Positions 1-7,151 of a stretch of DNA of 64,000 nt are shown piece after piece (within the stretch, counting starts at the first letter, position 1; each line of letters opens with the position of its first letter). A model generated the notes under the pieces. That model was given only the letters and a program-made list of their open reading frames with translations. It did no database searches and was not told the origin of the DNA. Source of the stretch: an uncultured beta proteobacterium (GTDB taxonomy: Bacteria; Pseudomonadota; Gammaproteobacteria; Burkholderiales; SG8-39); assembly GCA_963811085.1 (NCBI GenBank), contig CAWEPV010000003.1, forward strand, positions 482,482 through 546,481, in the 5' to 3' direction. A program made the translations under genes and the position numbers.

Positions 1-96
1 GAAACCGGGCGTCTGATCCGCGCGGGGTCGATCGCCGACAGCGAAGAGAGTCGCGCGCTCGCGTTCCAGCTCTGCTGGGACGGCATCCGCAGCTGA
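1..96 (+). CDS. 3' end of an upstream gene (last 31 codons, ...IADSEESRALAFQLCWDGIRS*), function unknown
   Basis: Frame 1 is open from the window edge to TGA at 94-96. Too short to assign. Confidence 0.3.
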   Translation, partial: ETGRLIRAGSIADSEESRALAFQLCWDGIRS

Positions 97-120
97 GTTT
101 CCTTTGTTCGACGTTCTTTC

Positions 121-801
121 GTGAAAGGGGCAATAGCCATGACTGGCCGAACCGTCATCATTGCAGGCGCCACCGGCCTGGTGGGCAGAGACATTCTTGA
201 GGGTCTGCTGGCCGACCGAACCGTGGTCGCGGTGCACAGCCTCGGACGCAGAGCGCCGCCGAATCAGCATCCCAAACTGGCGGTTCACGTCGTCGATTTC
301 GCCGCACTGCCTGTCCTGCCGGCCGCCGACGAGGTGTACCTGGCGCTCGGGACCACGATCAAGGTCGCCGGCAGTCAAGCTGCATTCCGTGCGGTCGACT
401 ACGACGCCAACCTTGCCGTGGCCACGGCGGCGCTCGCTGCCGGCGCCAGAAAGGCGGGCCTGGTGAGCGCCATGGGAGCCGACGCCAGCTCGAAGGTCTT
501 CTACAGCCGCGTGAAGGGAGAGCTCGAGGACGCGTTGGCGCAGATGCCATTCGAGGGGCTGGTGATCGCGCGCCCATCCATGCTGGTTGGGAACCGGGAA
601 GCCCTCGGGCAACCAACCCGGCGTGGGGAGGAGCTGGCGTTCGCCCTCGGGAAGGTGCTCGGCTTCCTGATTCCCGCGAACTACAAGCCCATCGAAGCGG
701 CAGCCGTCGCCAGGGCATTGCGGTCGGCAGTCCCGTCCGCGAAGGGCAAGAAGGTCTTGCTGTCCGGCGCGATGCAGCGAGAAGCGTCCCGTCCTCTTTA
801 G
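121..801 (+). CDS. NAD(P)-binding Rossmann-fold protein (atypical SDR / HTATIP2-like oxidoreductase)
   Basis: N-terminal VIIAGATGLVGRDIL glycine-rich dinucleotide-binding motif. 226-aa ORF. The start may be ATG 139 instead of GTG 121. Confidence 0.7.
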   Translation: MKGAIAMTGRTVIIAGATGLVGRDILEGLLADRTVVAVHSLGRRAPPNQHPKLAVHVVDFAALPVLPAADEVYLALGTTIKVAGSQAAFRAVDYDANLAVATAALAAGARKAGLVSAMGADASSKVFYSRVKGELEDALAQMPFEGLVIARPSMLVGNREALGQPTRRGEELAFALGKVLGFLIPANYKPIEAAAVARALRSAVPSAKGKKVLLSGAMQREASRPL

Positions 802-807
802 TTTCTC

Positions 808-836
808 AATGTGCCCGGCCGAGGGCCGGGCACATT
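808..836 (+). terminator. 13-bp stem hairpin (aatgtgcccggcc-gag-ggccgggcacatt) just after the stop of the 121-801 gene
   Basis: Perfect inverted repeat read directly. No clear T-tract follows, so intrinsic-terminator function is uncertain. Confidence 0.4.
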
Positions 837-924
837 GATGCGTTTGCTTGGCGGCGGGCCAATGGCAATGACGCCTGATGCAGCGCAGCCCCGGCGGTCC
901 GTCCGCAGCAGCAGCGGGTTAGCC
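834..924 (-). repeat. attC of cassette 5 (terminal attC, R' box degenerate)
   Basis: Minus strand reads GGCTAACCCGCTGCTGCTGCGGACGG...GGCCCGCCGCCAAGCAAACG. It is closely similar to the attC at 1673-1760, but the distal GTTATGC box is replaced by CATCAAT. Confidence 0.55.
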
Positions 925-965
925 GAATCCTTGATCTTGCGCTCGATCTTCTCGACCTTGCCCAT
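925..965 (-). pseudogene. Truncated antitoxin remnant (MGKVEKIERKIKD...), paralogue of the 2006-2206 antitoxin, fused directly to an attC
   Basis: The first 13 codons and about 40 nt of 5' leader match the start of cassette 3. The coding sequence then runs straight into the GGCTAAC R'' box. Confidence 0.6.
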
Positions 966-997
966 GTTGTCAATATAGCGCACCGAGGTTTTCTGAC

Positions 998-1084
998 GGC
1001 TAACGTGGAAGTGTGCGGCGGGCGAGCACGGCATAGAGCGACGGCGCTAGGCTTCCGCCCGTCCGCACCACTGCCATGTTATGC
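998..1084 (-). repeat. attC of cassette 4
   Basis: GCATAAC (minus, 1084-1078) ... GTTAGCC (minus, 1004-998). The arms ggctaacgtggaagtgtgcggcgggcg / cgcccgtccgcaccactgccatgttatgc pair imperfectly. Confidence 0.7.
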
Positions 1085-1342
1085 CGCAGACTCAACCTGC
1101 GATTCCCAGCCTGGAAACACGAGTACGGCTGGGTGGCACTTGAGCGCCTTCGCGAGCACCTTGGCGCGCTCTACACCAAGGCGCACGCGGTCATTTTCGA
1201 TCGCTGACAGCGTCGCTTGCGGAATACCCGTGCGCTGCGCGAGCTGAGTTTGGCTGAGGCCTTGCAGCTCTCGGATGATCCGCACCGACTCGCCGACGGA
1301 TACGTTGGCCCGCTTTTTAGCGCGGCGAAATTCACTCATCAA
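1079..1342 (-). CDS. XRE-family helix-turn-helix antitoxin (HigA-like)
   Basis: HTH segment LQGLSQTQLAQRTGIPQATLSAIENDR. ATGA overlap with the upstream toxin gene. The TAA stop lies inside the attC R'' box. Confidence 0.8.
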   Translation of the reverse strand: MMSEFRRAKKRANVSVGESVRIIRELQGLSQTQLAQRTGIPQATLSAIENDRVRLGVERAKVLAKALKCHPAVLVFPGWESQVESAA

Positions 1343-1620
1343 GGTCTCCGATAGTCATGGGCGGTAATTGAAATCACTTGAAATAACTGGAGCTCAGGGG
1401 CGGTTCGGTAGATCACGCGATACTGGTCTCCAAGACGCGAAGATCGGTGACCTTTCCACTCTCCGGACAGCGCTTCGTCGTGAAACCCCTTGATCAGACG
1501 AAGGCCGGGTGGTCCGGAAAGCATCGCGATGTCCTTCCACTTCTCATATCGCTTGAGGATATCTCGCGGAAGCGAAGATGCCTGCTTGTCGACCCGGCGA
1601 TGCTCCTCGATCCGCCACAT
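1339..1620 (-). CDS. RelE/ParE-superfamily toxin (HigB-like, toxin-first order)
   Basis: 93-aa basic protein with an RelE-like C-terminus (...GDQYRVIYRTAPELQLFQVISITAHDY), coupled to the XRE antitoxin. Confidence 0.7.
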   Translation of the reverse strand: MWRIEEHRRVDKQASSLPRDILKRYEKWKDIAMLSGPPGLRLIKGFHDEALSGEWKGHRSSRLGDQYRVIYRTAPELQLFQVISITAHDYRRP

Positions 1621-1671
1621 GCCATATTGTGCCTATACCATAAATAGCATGTCAAGGCGTCAAACCTTTGC
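1621..1671 (-). promoter_or_regulatory. Putative cassette-internal promoter for the HigBA-like module
   Basis: Minus strand reads TTGACGCCTTGACATGCTATTTATGGTATAGGCACAATATGGC-ATG. There are tandem -35-like TTGACG/TTGACA hexamers and several weak -10 candidates. Confidence 0.35.
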
Positions 1672-1672
1672 G

Positions 1673-1760
1673 GCATAACGTGTTGCTCTGCGGCGGGCCG
1701 GCAGGGACGGAGGATGAGGCGAGATGCTGTTGGCCCGTCCGCAGCAGCAAAGGGTTAGCC
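1673..1760 (-). repeat. attC of cassette 3
   Basis: GGCTAAC (minus, 1760-1754) ... GTTATGC (minus, 1679-1673). The arms gcataacgtgttgctctgcggcgggcc / ggcccgtccgcagcagcaaagggttagcc are complementary with bulges. Confidence 0.75.
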
Positions 1761-2009
1761 GATCAGCTTGTCGTACTCTGCGTGCGGCCCGATCCAGAAC
1801 CACACGATGCCGTCTGCCGTTTCCACGCCCACGGCGCGGTAACGGATTCCAACGCGCGCCGAGTAGAACCGGCCGACTTTCTTTAAGTGAAGCGAGGGAT
1901 GCCGAGAATCGCGTTTCAGCTGCTCGAAACAGCGATCGGCGAGACGTTGAATTGGTATCGGCAGCGACCGATAGCTTTGCCAGAACGCCGGCGAGGTGTG
2001 ATGATTCAA
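1755..2009 (-). CDS. ParE/RelE-like toxin
   Basis: 84-aa protein (...HLKKVGRFYSARVGIRYRAVGVETADGIVWFWIGPHAEYDKLIG) overlapping its antitoxin by 4 nt. The TAA stop is embedded in the attC R'' box. Confidence 0.7.
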   Translation of the reverse strand: MNHHTSPAFWQSYRSLPIPIQRLADRCFEQLKRDSRHPSLHLKKVGRFYSARVGIRYRAVGVETADGIVWFWIGPHAEYDKLIG

Positions 2010-2206
2010 AACTTCGTGGTTCTACCGGATTCATGGGCCTTTAGCGCCGTGTCGGCCAGCGCATCAAGTTTTCCGGCATGGACATCCGCTTCAAACTGGC
2101 GATCCCACGCTTCGGCATCAAACGCAGCGAACCATTCCCGCAGCTCCGTCATTTCGTCGGGAGACAGGTCCTGGATTTCGCGTTCAATCTTCTCAACCTT
2201 GCCCAT
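2006..2206 (-). CDS. Small addiction-module antitoxin component
   Basis: MGKVEKIEREIQDLSPDEMTELREWFAAFDAEAW... is typical of small helical antitoxins paired with ParE-like toxins. ATG 2206 is preferred over the GTG at 2224 used by the track. Confidence 0.65.
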   Translation of the reverse strand: MGKVEKIEREIQDLSPDEMTELREWFAAFDAEAWDRQFEADVHAGKLDALADTALKAHESGRTTKF

Positions 2207-2239
2207 TGCGTCAGTATACCGCACCGATATATTTCTGAC

Positions 2240-2336
2240 GGCTAACGTCCGCAGTCAGCGGCGCGCCGCGTGGCGCGGCCCGTGCCCTGCACGGGACGTG
2301 ACACGCGAGTGCGTCCGCTGCAACGCGTAGTTAGGC
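2240..2336 (-). repeat. attC of cassette 2
   Basis: GCCTAAC (minus, 2336-2330) ... GTTAGCC (minus, 2246-2240) with imperfectly pairing inner arms. Confidence 0.65.
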
Positions 2337-2748
2337 TGCACGCCTGATCCGCATGTGCTCTTCCGGTCCGAAGCGGTCGAACACGTAGTGAACGATGGAG
2401 ACTCCGGGAAGACGCCACTCGTGAAAAGGGAGAGCCCTCGTCGCCGGGCTTGGAGGATGACGGAGGACCGAAGGCTCGCTCGAAGTGCCGCTGGAACTGT
2501 TCGAACGACGCGCGCTGGTCGGGATACGCGGTCCGGAAGAACTCAAGCTCCGAGAGGCCACCGCTGGACCCGCGAAAGTGGAAGCCGAGCATGCAGTGCA
2601 GGCCATCGAGGACGGTGACCGGCCGCGTGCAATACGCGCGGGTGACGTGGTGGACGTCCGGAATGAGAGCCTTTAGTTCCGCTTCGGTGATGCCCCAGGG
2701 CACCGACACCGCAGGGTCCTCGATTGTGAACACTTCGCTGATCTCCAT
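2331..2748 (-). CDS. Cassette-encoded hypothetical protein (about 138 aa after correcting a 1-nt frame break near 2424-2430)
   Basis: The N-terminal 108 aa are in the frame of ORF 2242-2748. The C-terminus (HEWRLPGVSIVHYVFDRFGPEEHMRIRRAA*) is in the frame of ORF 2331-2606 and ends with TAA inside the attC R'' box. The switch occurs at a cccTTTT run. No recognisable family. Confidence 0.5.
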
Positions 2749-2763
2749 GCGTCGCTCCGTGCA

Positions 2764-2855
2764 GCCTAACGTCCGAACTCAGGGGCGCCGCTCAGCACGC
2801 CGCTTTGCGTACTTACGTTGCTCATCGCGGCGTCCCCTGGAGTGAGTCGTTCTCT
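2764..2855 (-). repeat. attC of cassette 1 (R'' box weak)
   Basis: GTTAGGC (minus, 2770-2764). Inner arms aacgtccgaactcagggg / cccctggagtgagtcgtt pair. The distal box AGAGAAC is a poor match to RYYYAAC. Confidence 0.5.
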
Positions 2856-2942
2856 CGCGAGACGGGCCACTTGGTTGACATAGGCTCGATCTGCGAACAG
2901 CTGTCAACGCGGTCCTCAGCACCCGCGTTCGAGTCCATTACG

Positions 2943-3006
2943 GCGTAGCGTTGAGAGCTGTTCGCCTCAAGAGCTTGCTCTTGTGCGACAGCTCTCAACG
3001 CTACGC
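2943..3006. repeat. Nested perfect palindrome: 19-bp arms (gcgtagcgttgagagctgt / acagctctcaacgctacgc) enclosing a 7-bp inner palindrome (caagagc tt gctcttg)
   Basis: Read directly from the sequence. Lies in the ORF-poor first cassette. Confidence 0.9.
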
Positions 3007-3152
3007 TGTCACCTCGGGCGCTTGTGCCTCGCACCGGGCTGCCCCCTTTCGTCCCTATCGCCTCTATCAGCACCGTGGCGCGTCTCGTCGACGGGAACGT
3101 TATATGGATACGAAAAAGGTCTAGATAGTATGGTCATCGTCGGATAGCGGGA

Positions 3153-3184
3153 CGTCAACGCCTCTTGAGATCAATGCGTTAGGT
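3153..3184 (-). other. Candidate attI recombination site
   Basis: Minus strand reads ACCTAAC-N18-GTTGACG, located 40-70 nt upstream of and divergent from intI. The exact crossover point is not verifiable here. Confidence 0.4.
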
Positions 3185-3223
3185 TGTGTTGGCGCAAATC
3201 GACAGCGGGATATCCGGCAAAAA

Positions 3224-4261
3224 ATGGGACAAGACACTGAATCTCCAGCGGATGTGGATTCGGGGGCGGACAAAGCGACAAAATCGCGCCTGATCGATCG
3301 GGTGCGCGAGGCGATCCGCTCGCGGCACTACAGCCGGCGCACGGAGAAGACGTACTGGTACTGGATACGGTTCTTCATCCGCTTTCACGGCATGCGTCAC
3401 CCTGCCGAGATGGGCGGCGCGGAGGTGCAGGCCTTCCTTTCCTGGCTCGCGACCGAGCGCGACGTGGCGGCGGCGACGCAGAACCAGGCGCTGTCGGCGC
3501 TGTTGTTCCTCTATCAGAAGGTGCTCGGCCAGGAGCTGCCGTGGCTCGATGGCATTTCGCGCGCGAAGCGCCCGGTACGCCTGCCCGCGGTGCTGACCGA
3601 GGCGGAGGTGCGGCGTCTGCTGTCGCAGCTGCGCGGCGTTAAGTGGTTGATGGCGAGCCTCCTGTATGGCTCCGGCCTGCGCCAGATCGAATGTCTATCG
3701 TTGCGCGTCAAGGACGTGAACTTCGCCTACCGGCAGATCCTTGTGCGAGACGCGAAGGGCGGCAAGGACCGGGTGACGATGCTGCCCGAAGGGGTGATCG
3801 AGCCGCTGCAGGAGCATCTCGGACGCGTGCGCGTGCTGCATCGGCGAGATCTCGCCGAGGGGTTCGGCGAGGTTTCCCTGCCCCACGCGCTCGCGCGCAA
3901 GTATCCGCGCGCCGGCTGCGAGTGGGGCTGGCAGTTCGTGTTCCCGTCGAAGAACCGCTCCGCCGACCCGGAGACCGGCGTCATCCGGCGCCATCACGTC
4001 TATCCCGACACATTGCACCGTGCCGTCAAGCAGGCCACGGCCGCCGCGGCGATCGTCAAGCCGGTGAGCTGCCACACGCTGCGCCATTCGTTCGCGACGC
4101 ATCTGCTCGAGCGCGGGCAGGACATCCGCACGGTGCAGGAGCTGCTGGGGCACTCGGACGTCTCGACCACCATGATCTACACCCACGTGCTCAACCGCGG
4201 CGCGCGCGGCGTGAAGAGTCCGCTCGACCGGCTGGAACAGCCGGCGGCGCGCTACGCGTGA
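3224..4261 (+). CDS. intI: Integron integrase
   Basis: Tyrosine recombinase boxes ([26 protein letters not shown]) plus the IntI-specific extra segment [24 protein letters not shown]...GVIRRHHV. N-terminus [23 protein letters not shown]. Confidence 0.95.
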   Translation: MGQDTESPADVDSGADKATKSRLIDRVREAIRSRHYSRRTEKTYWYWIRFFIRFHGMRHPAEMGGAEVQAFLSWLATERDVAAATQNQALSALLFLYQKVLGQELPWLDGISRAKRPVRLPAVLTEAEVRRLLSQLRGVKWLMASLLYGSGLRQIECLSLRVKDVNFAYRQILVRDAKGGKDRVTMLPEGVIEPLQEHLGRVRVLHRRDLAEGFGEVSLPHALARKYPRAGCEWGWQFVFPSKNRSADPETGVIRRHHVYPDTLHRAVKQATAAAAIVKPVSCHTLRHSFATHLLERGQDIRTVQELLGHSDVSTTMIYTHVLNRGARGVKSPLDRLEQPAARYA

Positions 4262-4274
4262 ACCGGGGGCGCGC

Positions 4275-5441
4275 CTAGTACGACTTCGGCAGGCCGAGCA
4301 CACGCTCGGCGATGAAGCTCAGGATCAGCTGCGGCGTCACGGGCGCGATGCGCCCGACCAGCGACTCGCGCAGGTAGCGCTCGACGTGGTACTCCTTGGC
4401 GTAGCCGTAGCCGCCGTGGGTCATGATCGCCTGCTGGCAGGCGTCGAACGACGCTTCGCCGGCGAGGTACTTGGCCGCGTTGGCCTCCGCGCCGCAGGGC
4501 TTGCCCTGGTCGTAGAGCCAGGCGCCTTTGAACACCATCAGGTTGGCGGCCTCAAGGTTCATCCAGTTGCGCGCGAGCGGGTGCTGGATGCCCTGGTTCT
4601 TGCCGATCGGGCGGTCGAACACGATGCGCTCCTTGGCGTACGCGGCGGCGCGCTTGAGCGCGCAGCGGCCGAGCCCGACCGACTCGGCGCCGATCAGGAT
4701 GCGCTCGGGGTTCATGCCGTGCAGGATGTACTCGAAGCCGCGGCCTTCCTCGCCCAGGCGGTCTTCTTCCGGCACCGGCAGGCCGTCGAAGAAGACCTGG
4801 TTCGAGTCGACCGCTTTCCTGCCCATCTTCTCGATCTCGCGCACCTCGACGTATTTGCGGTCGAAGTCGGTGTAGAACAGGGTCAGCCCCTGGGTCGGCT
4901 TCTTCACCTCCTCCAGCGGCGTGGTGCGCGCCAGCAGCAGGATCTTCTCGGCCACCTGCGCGGTCGAGATCCAGACTTTCTGCCCGGTGATGTGGTACTT
5001 GCCGCCCTTCTTGTCGGCGCGGGTCTTGATCCGGGTCGTGTTCAGGCCCGTGTTCGGCTCGGTGACCGCGAAGCAGGCGCGCTCGCGTCCGGCGATCAGG
5101 CCGGGCAGCATGCGCTTCTTCTGCTCCGGGGTGCCGAACACCACCACCGGGTTCAAGCCGAAGATGTTCATGTGCACCGCCGACGCCCCGGAAAAGCCCG
5201 CACCCGACTCGGCGATGGCCTGCATCATCACCGCCGCCTCGGTGATGCCCAGCCCCGAGCCGCCGTACTCCTCCGGCATCGCGATGCCGAGCCAGCCGTC
5301 CTTGGCGAGCGCCTGGTGCAGCTCGGACGGAAAGCCGCCCTGCTTGTCTTTCTTCAGCCAGTACTCATCCGGGAAGCGCGCGCAGATCCTGTCGATCGCC
5401 TCGCGGATCGCGTCCTGCTCGGGGCTGAAGCCGAAGTCCAT
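4275..5441 (-). CDS. Acyl-CoA dehydrogenase
   Basis: 388 aa with typical ACAD blocks (CFAVTEPNTGLN, GQKVWISTA, YLRESLVGRIAPVTPQLI). Confidence 0.9.
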   Translation of the reverse strand: MDFGFSPEQDAIREAIDRICARFPDEYWLKKDKQGGFPSELHQALAKDGWLGIAMPEEYGGSGLGITEAAVMMQAIAESGAGFSGASAVHMNIFGLNPVVVFGTPEQKKRMLPGLIAGRERACFAVTEPNTGLNTTRIKTRADKKGGKYHITGQKVWISTAQVAEKILLLARTTPLEEVKKPTQGLTLFYTDFDRKYVEVREIEKMGRKAVDSNQVFFDGLPVPEEDRLGEEGRGFEYILHGMNPERILIGAESVGLGRCALKRAAAYAKERIVFDRPIGKNQGIQHPLARNWMNLEAANLMVFKGAWLYDQGKPCGAEANAAKYLAGEASFDACQQAIMTHGGYGYAKEYHVERYLRESLVGRIAPVTPQLILSFIAERVLGLPKSY

Positions 5442-5444
5442 TGT

Positions 5445-6594
5445 TCAGTGCGCCTTGACCGCGCCCGAGCGCACCAGGTCCGCGATCTCGGCGTCGTCGA
5501 AGCCGAGCTCGACCAGCACCTCGCGGCTGTGCTCGCCCGCGCGCGGCACGCCGCGCCGCAGGCTCGCGCCGCGGCGCCCGTCGGCCCAGCCCGGGAAAGG
5601 CGGCGAAGTCCTCGCCCTCGGCGCGCGCCACCGTGCCGCGCGCGCGGATCTGGGGCAGCGCGGCCGCCTCGGCCGGCGTCAGGCAGCGGTCGACCGGAAC
5701 GTCGTTCGCCTCGAGCAGCGCGATCCATTCTGCGGAGGGTTTGGATTTCATGGTGTCACTCAATTTTCTTGAAAGCACGTCCCCATTGGCGCGCCGCTTC
5801 GCGTCGCTCGAGTATTCCTCGCCCTCGAAGCCGGGCACGCAACGCGTGAACTTGCGCCAGAAGTGCTGCTCCAGGATGCCGAGCGTCAGGCGCGCGCCGT
5901 CGGCGCATTCGAACACGTCGTTGACCGGGAACAGGTGCGCGCGCGGATCGCCGCCCGGGGCGAGGCCGTGGCGCATCGCGGCCCAGAAGAAGCCGGCCTC
6001 GAACAGCGACAGGTCCAGCCGCGCGCCGCGCCCGCTGCGGTTGCGCTCGGCCAGCGCGGCGAGCAGCGCGATCGCCGCGCACGAACCGCCCGCCATGTCG
6101 GCGACCGGCAGCGACGAGCGCGTCGGGACGCCCAGCCACTGCCCGGGAAAGGCGAGCCCGCCGCCGGCGGCGAGGTAGTTCAGGTCGTGCCCGGGGCGTT
6201 CGCGCCACGGGCCGCTGCCGCCGTAGCCCGAGAGCGCGCAATAGATCAGGCGTGCGTTCGATTGCGCAAGCGTCTCGTAGTCGATTCCCAGGCGCTCGGC
6301 CACGCCGGGCCGGAAGCCCTCGATCACGATGTCGGCCTGCGCCGCGAGGCGCGCGACCACTTCTTTCGAGCCTTCCTGCTTGAGGTCGAGCGCGAGGCTG
6401 CGCTTGTTGCGGTTGCCGCTGCGGAACTGCAGCGGCAGGTAGCCGCGGCAGGGGTCGCCCGCGGGCGGCTCGACTTTCAGCACCTCGGCCCCCAGGTCGG
6501 CGAAGATCGCGGCCGCGAACGGGCCCGGCACGAACATCGAGAAATCGACCACCCTGACGCCGGCGAGCGGCTGCCAGGCCTGAGCCATGTTCAT
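5445..6594 (-). CDS. Family III CoA-transferase (CaiB/BaiF type), 1-nt frame break near 5589-5596
   Basis: N-terminus LAGVRVVDFSMFVPGPFAAAIFADLGAEVLKVEPP. After FPG at the cccggg run, the conserved C-terminus WADGRRGASLRRGVPRAGEHSREVLVELGFDDAEIADLVRSGAVKAH* continues in the +1 frame. Confidence 0.85.
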
Positions 6595-7151
6595 GCGCCG
6601 GATTCTACTTGAAGGGCGCGCATCGCCAGCCGCACCTGCGGCCCCTCCTCGCTCGGCCCGAGCTTGAACCCGAGCGCGTGCATCAGCTCGAGCATCTTGT
6701 GGTTGGCGGCGAGCACATAGCCGTCCATGTGCTCGAAGCCGGATCCACGCGCGAAGCCCATCAGGGTCTGCATCAGGCGGTAGCCGACGCCGCGCCCCTG
6801 CCAGCCGTCGGCCACCGCGAGCGCGAACTCGCAGCGCTGCGGCGGCTCGAGCGCGATGTAGCGCGCCACCGCGATCTCCTGCTCGCGCCCGCCTTGGTCG
6901 CAGGTGACGATCAGCGCCAGGTCGTGCGGATAGTTTATGCGGGTGAAGCGCGCCAGCATCTCGGGCGAGAGCTCGCGGATCTCCGCCATGAAGCGGTTGT
7001 GGCGCGACTCGGACGACAGCTCGCGCACGAACGCCTGCTCGATCACGGCGTCATCGGGACGGATCGGACGGCAGACAACGTGCGCGCCGTCGGCGAGCGT
7101 CCAGTCCTCGCGCCAGCGCTCGAGCTCGCGCGGGTCCAGAACCCGTTTCAG
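6591..7151 (-). CDS. GNAT-family N-acetyltransferase (start uncertain: CTG 7151 or GTG 7046)
   Basis: Core QGRGVGYRLM acetyl-CoA motif. The region upstream of the GTG start encodes a typical GNAT first strand (HVVCRPIRPDDA) in frame with no ATG/GTG/TTG. Confidence 0.75.
   Translation of the reverse strand: MKRVLDPRELERWREDWTLADGAHVVCRPIRPDDAVIEQAFVRELSSESRHNRFMAEIRELSPEMLARFTRINYPHDLALIVTCDQGGREQEIAVARYIALEPPQRCEFALAVADGWQGRGVGYRLMQTLMGFARGSGFEHMDGYVLAANHKMLELMHALGFKLGPSEEGPQVRLAMRALQVESGA

Larger units (their letters stand above)
834..4261. mobile_element. Chromosomal integron: intI plus attI plus five-cassette array
   Basis: An integron-type tyrosine recombinase lies divergent from an array of units, each closed by an attC-like imperfect palindrome with RYYYAAC / GTTRRRY boxes. 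Confidence 0.85.

Noticed and set aside
121-801. The NAD(P)-binding gene as a sixth, inverted integron cassette.
   Set aside because: It lies beyond the degenerate terminal attC, is on the opposite strand, has no attC of its own and ends with its own hairpin.
2894-2937. The small inverted repeat tgtcaacgcgg...ccgcgttcgag as an attC.
   Set aside because: At about 33 bp it is well below the known attC size range and has no L'/L'' arms.
2943-3006. The 19-bp palindrome containing GTTGAGA ... TCTCAAC as an extra attC site.
   Set aside because: The box order is inverted relative to attC (GTT-type first, AAC-type second on either strand). The stem is perfect, with no extrahelical bases, and it does not resemble the other five attCs.
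3185-3223. A possible LexA (SOS) box in front of intI (tgttggcgcaaatcgacag).
   Set aside because: The TGT and ACA half-sites are 12 nt apart rather than the CTGT-N8-ACAG spacing, and the outer bases do not match.
4386-5849. Long plus-strand ORF (487 aa) antisense to the acyl-CoA dehydrogenase. Similar very long ORFs occur at 12611-14626, 16478-17467, 22118-23587, 25039-26739, 28690-30468, 42165-44588, 51543-53240 and 57178-59169.
   Set aside because: They are Arg/Ala/Gly/Pro-rich and lack conserved motifs. Each lies opposite to, or out of frame with, a gene carrying clear family signatures. They are the open-frame artefacts expected in ~68% GC DNA.
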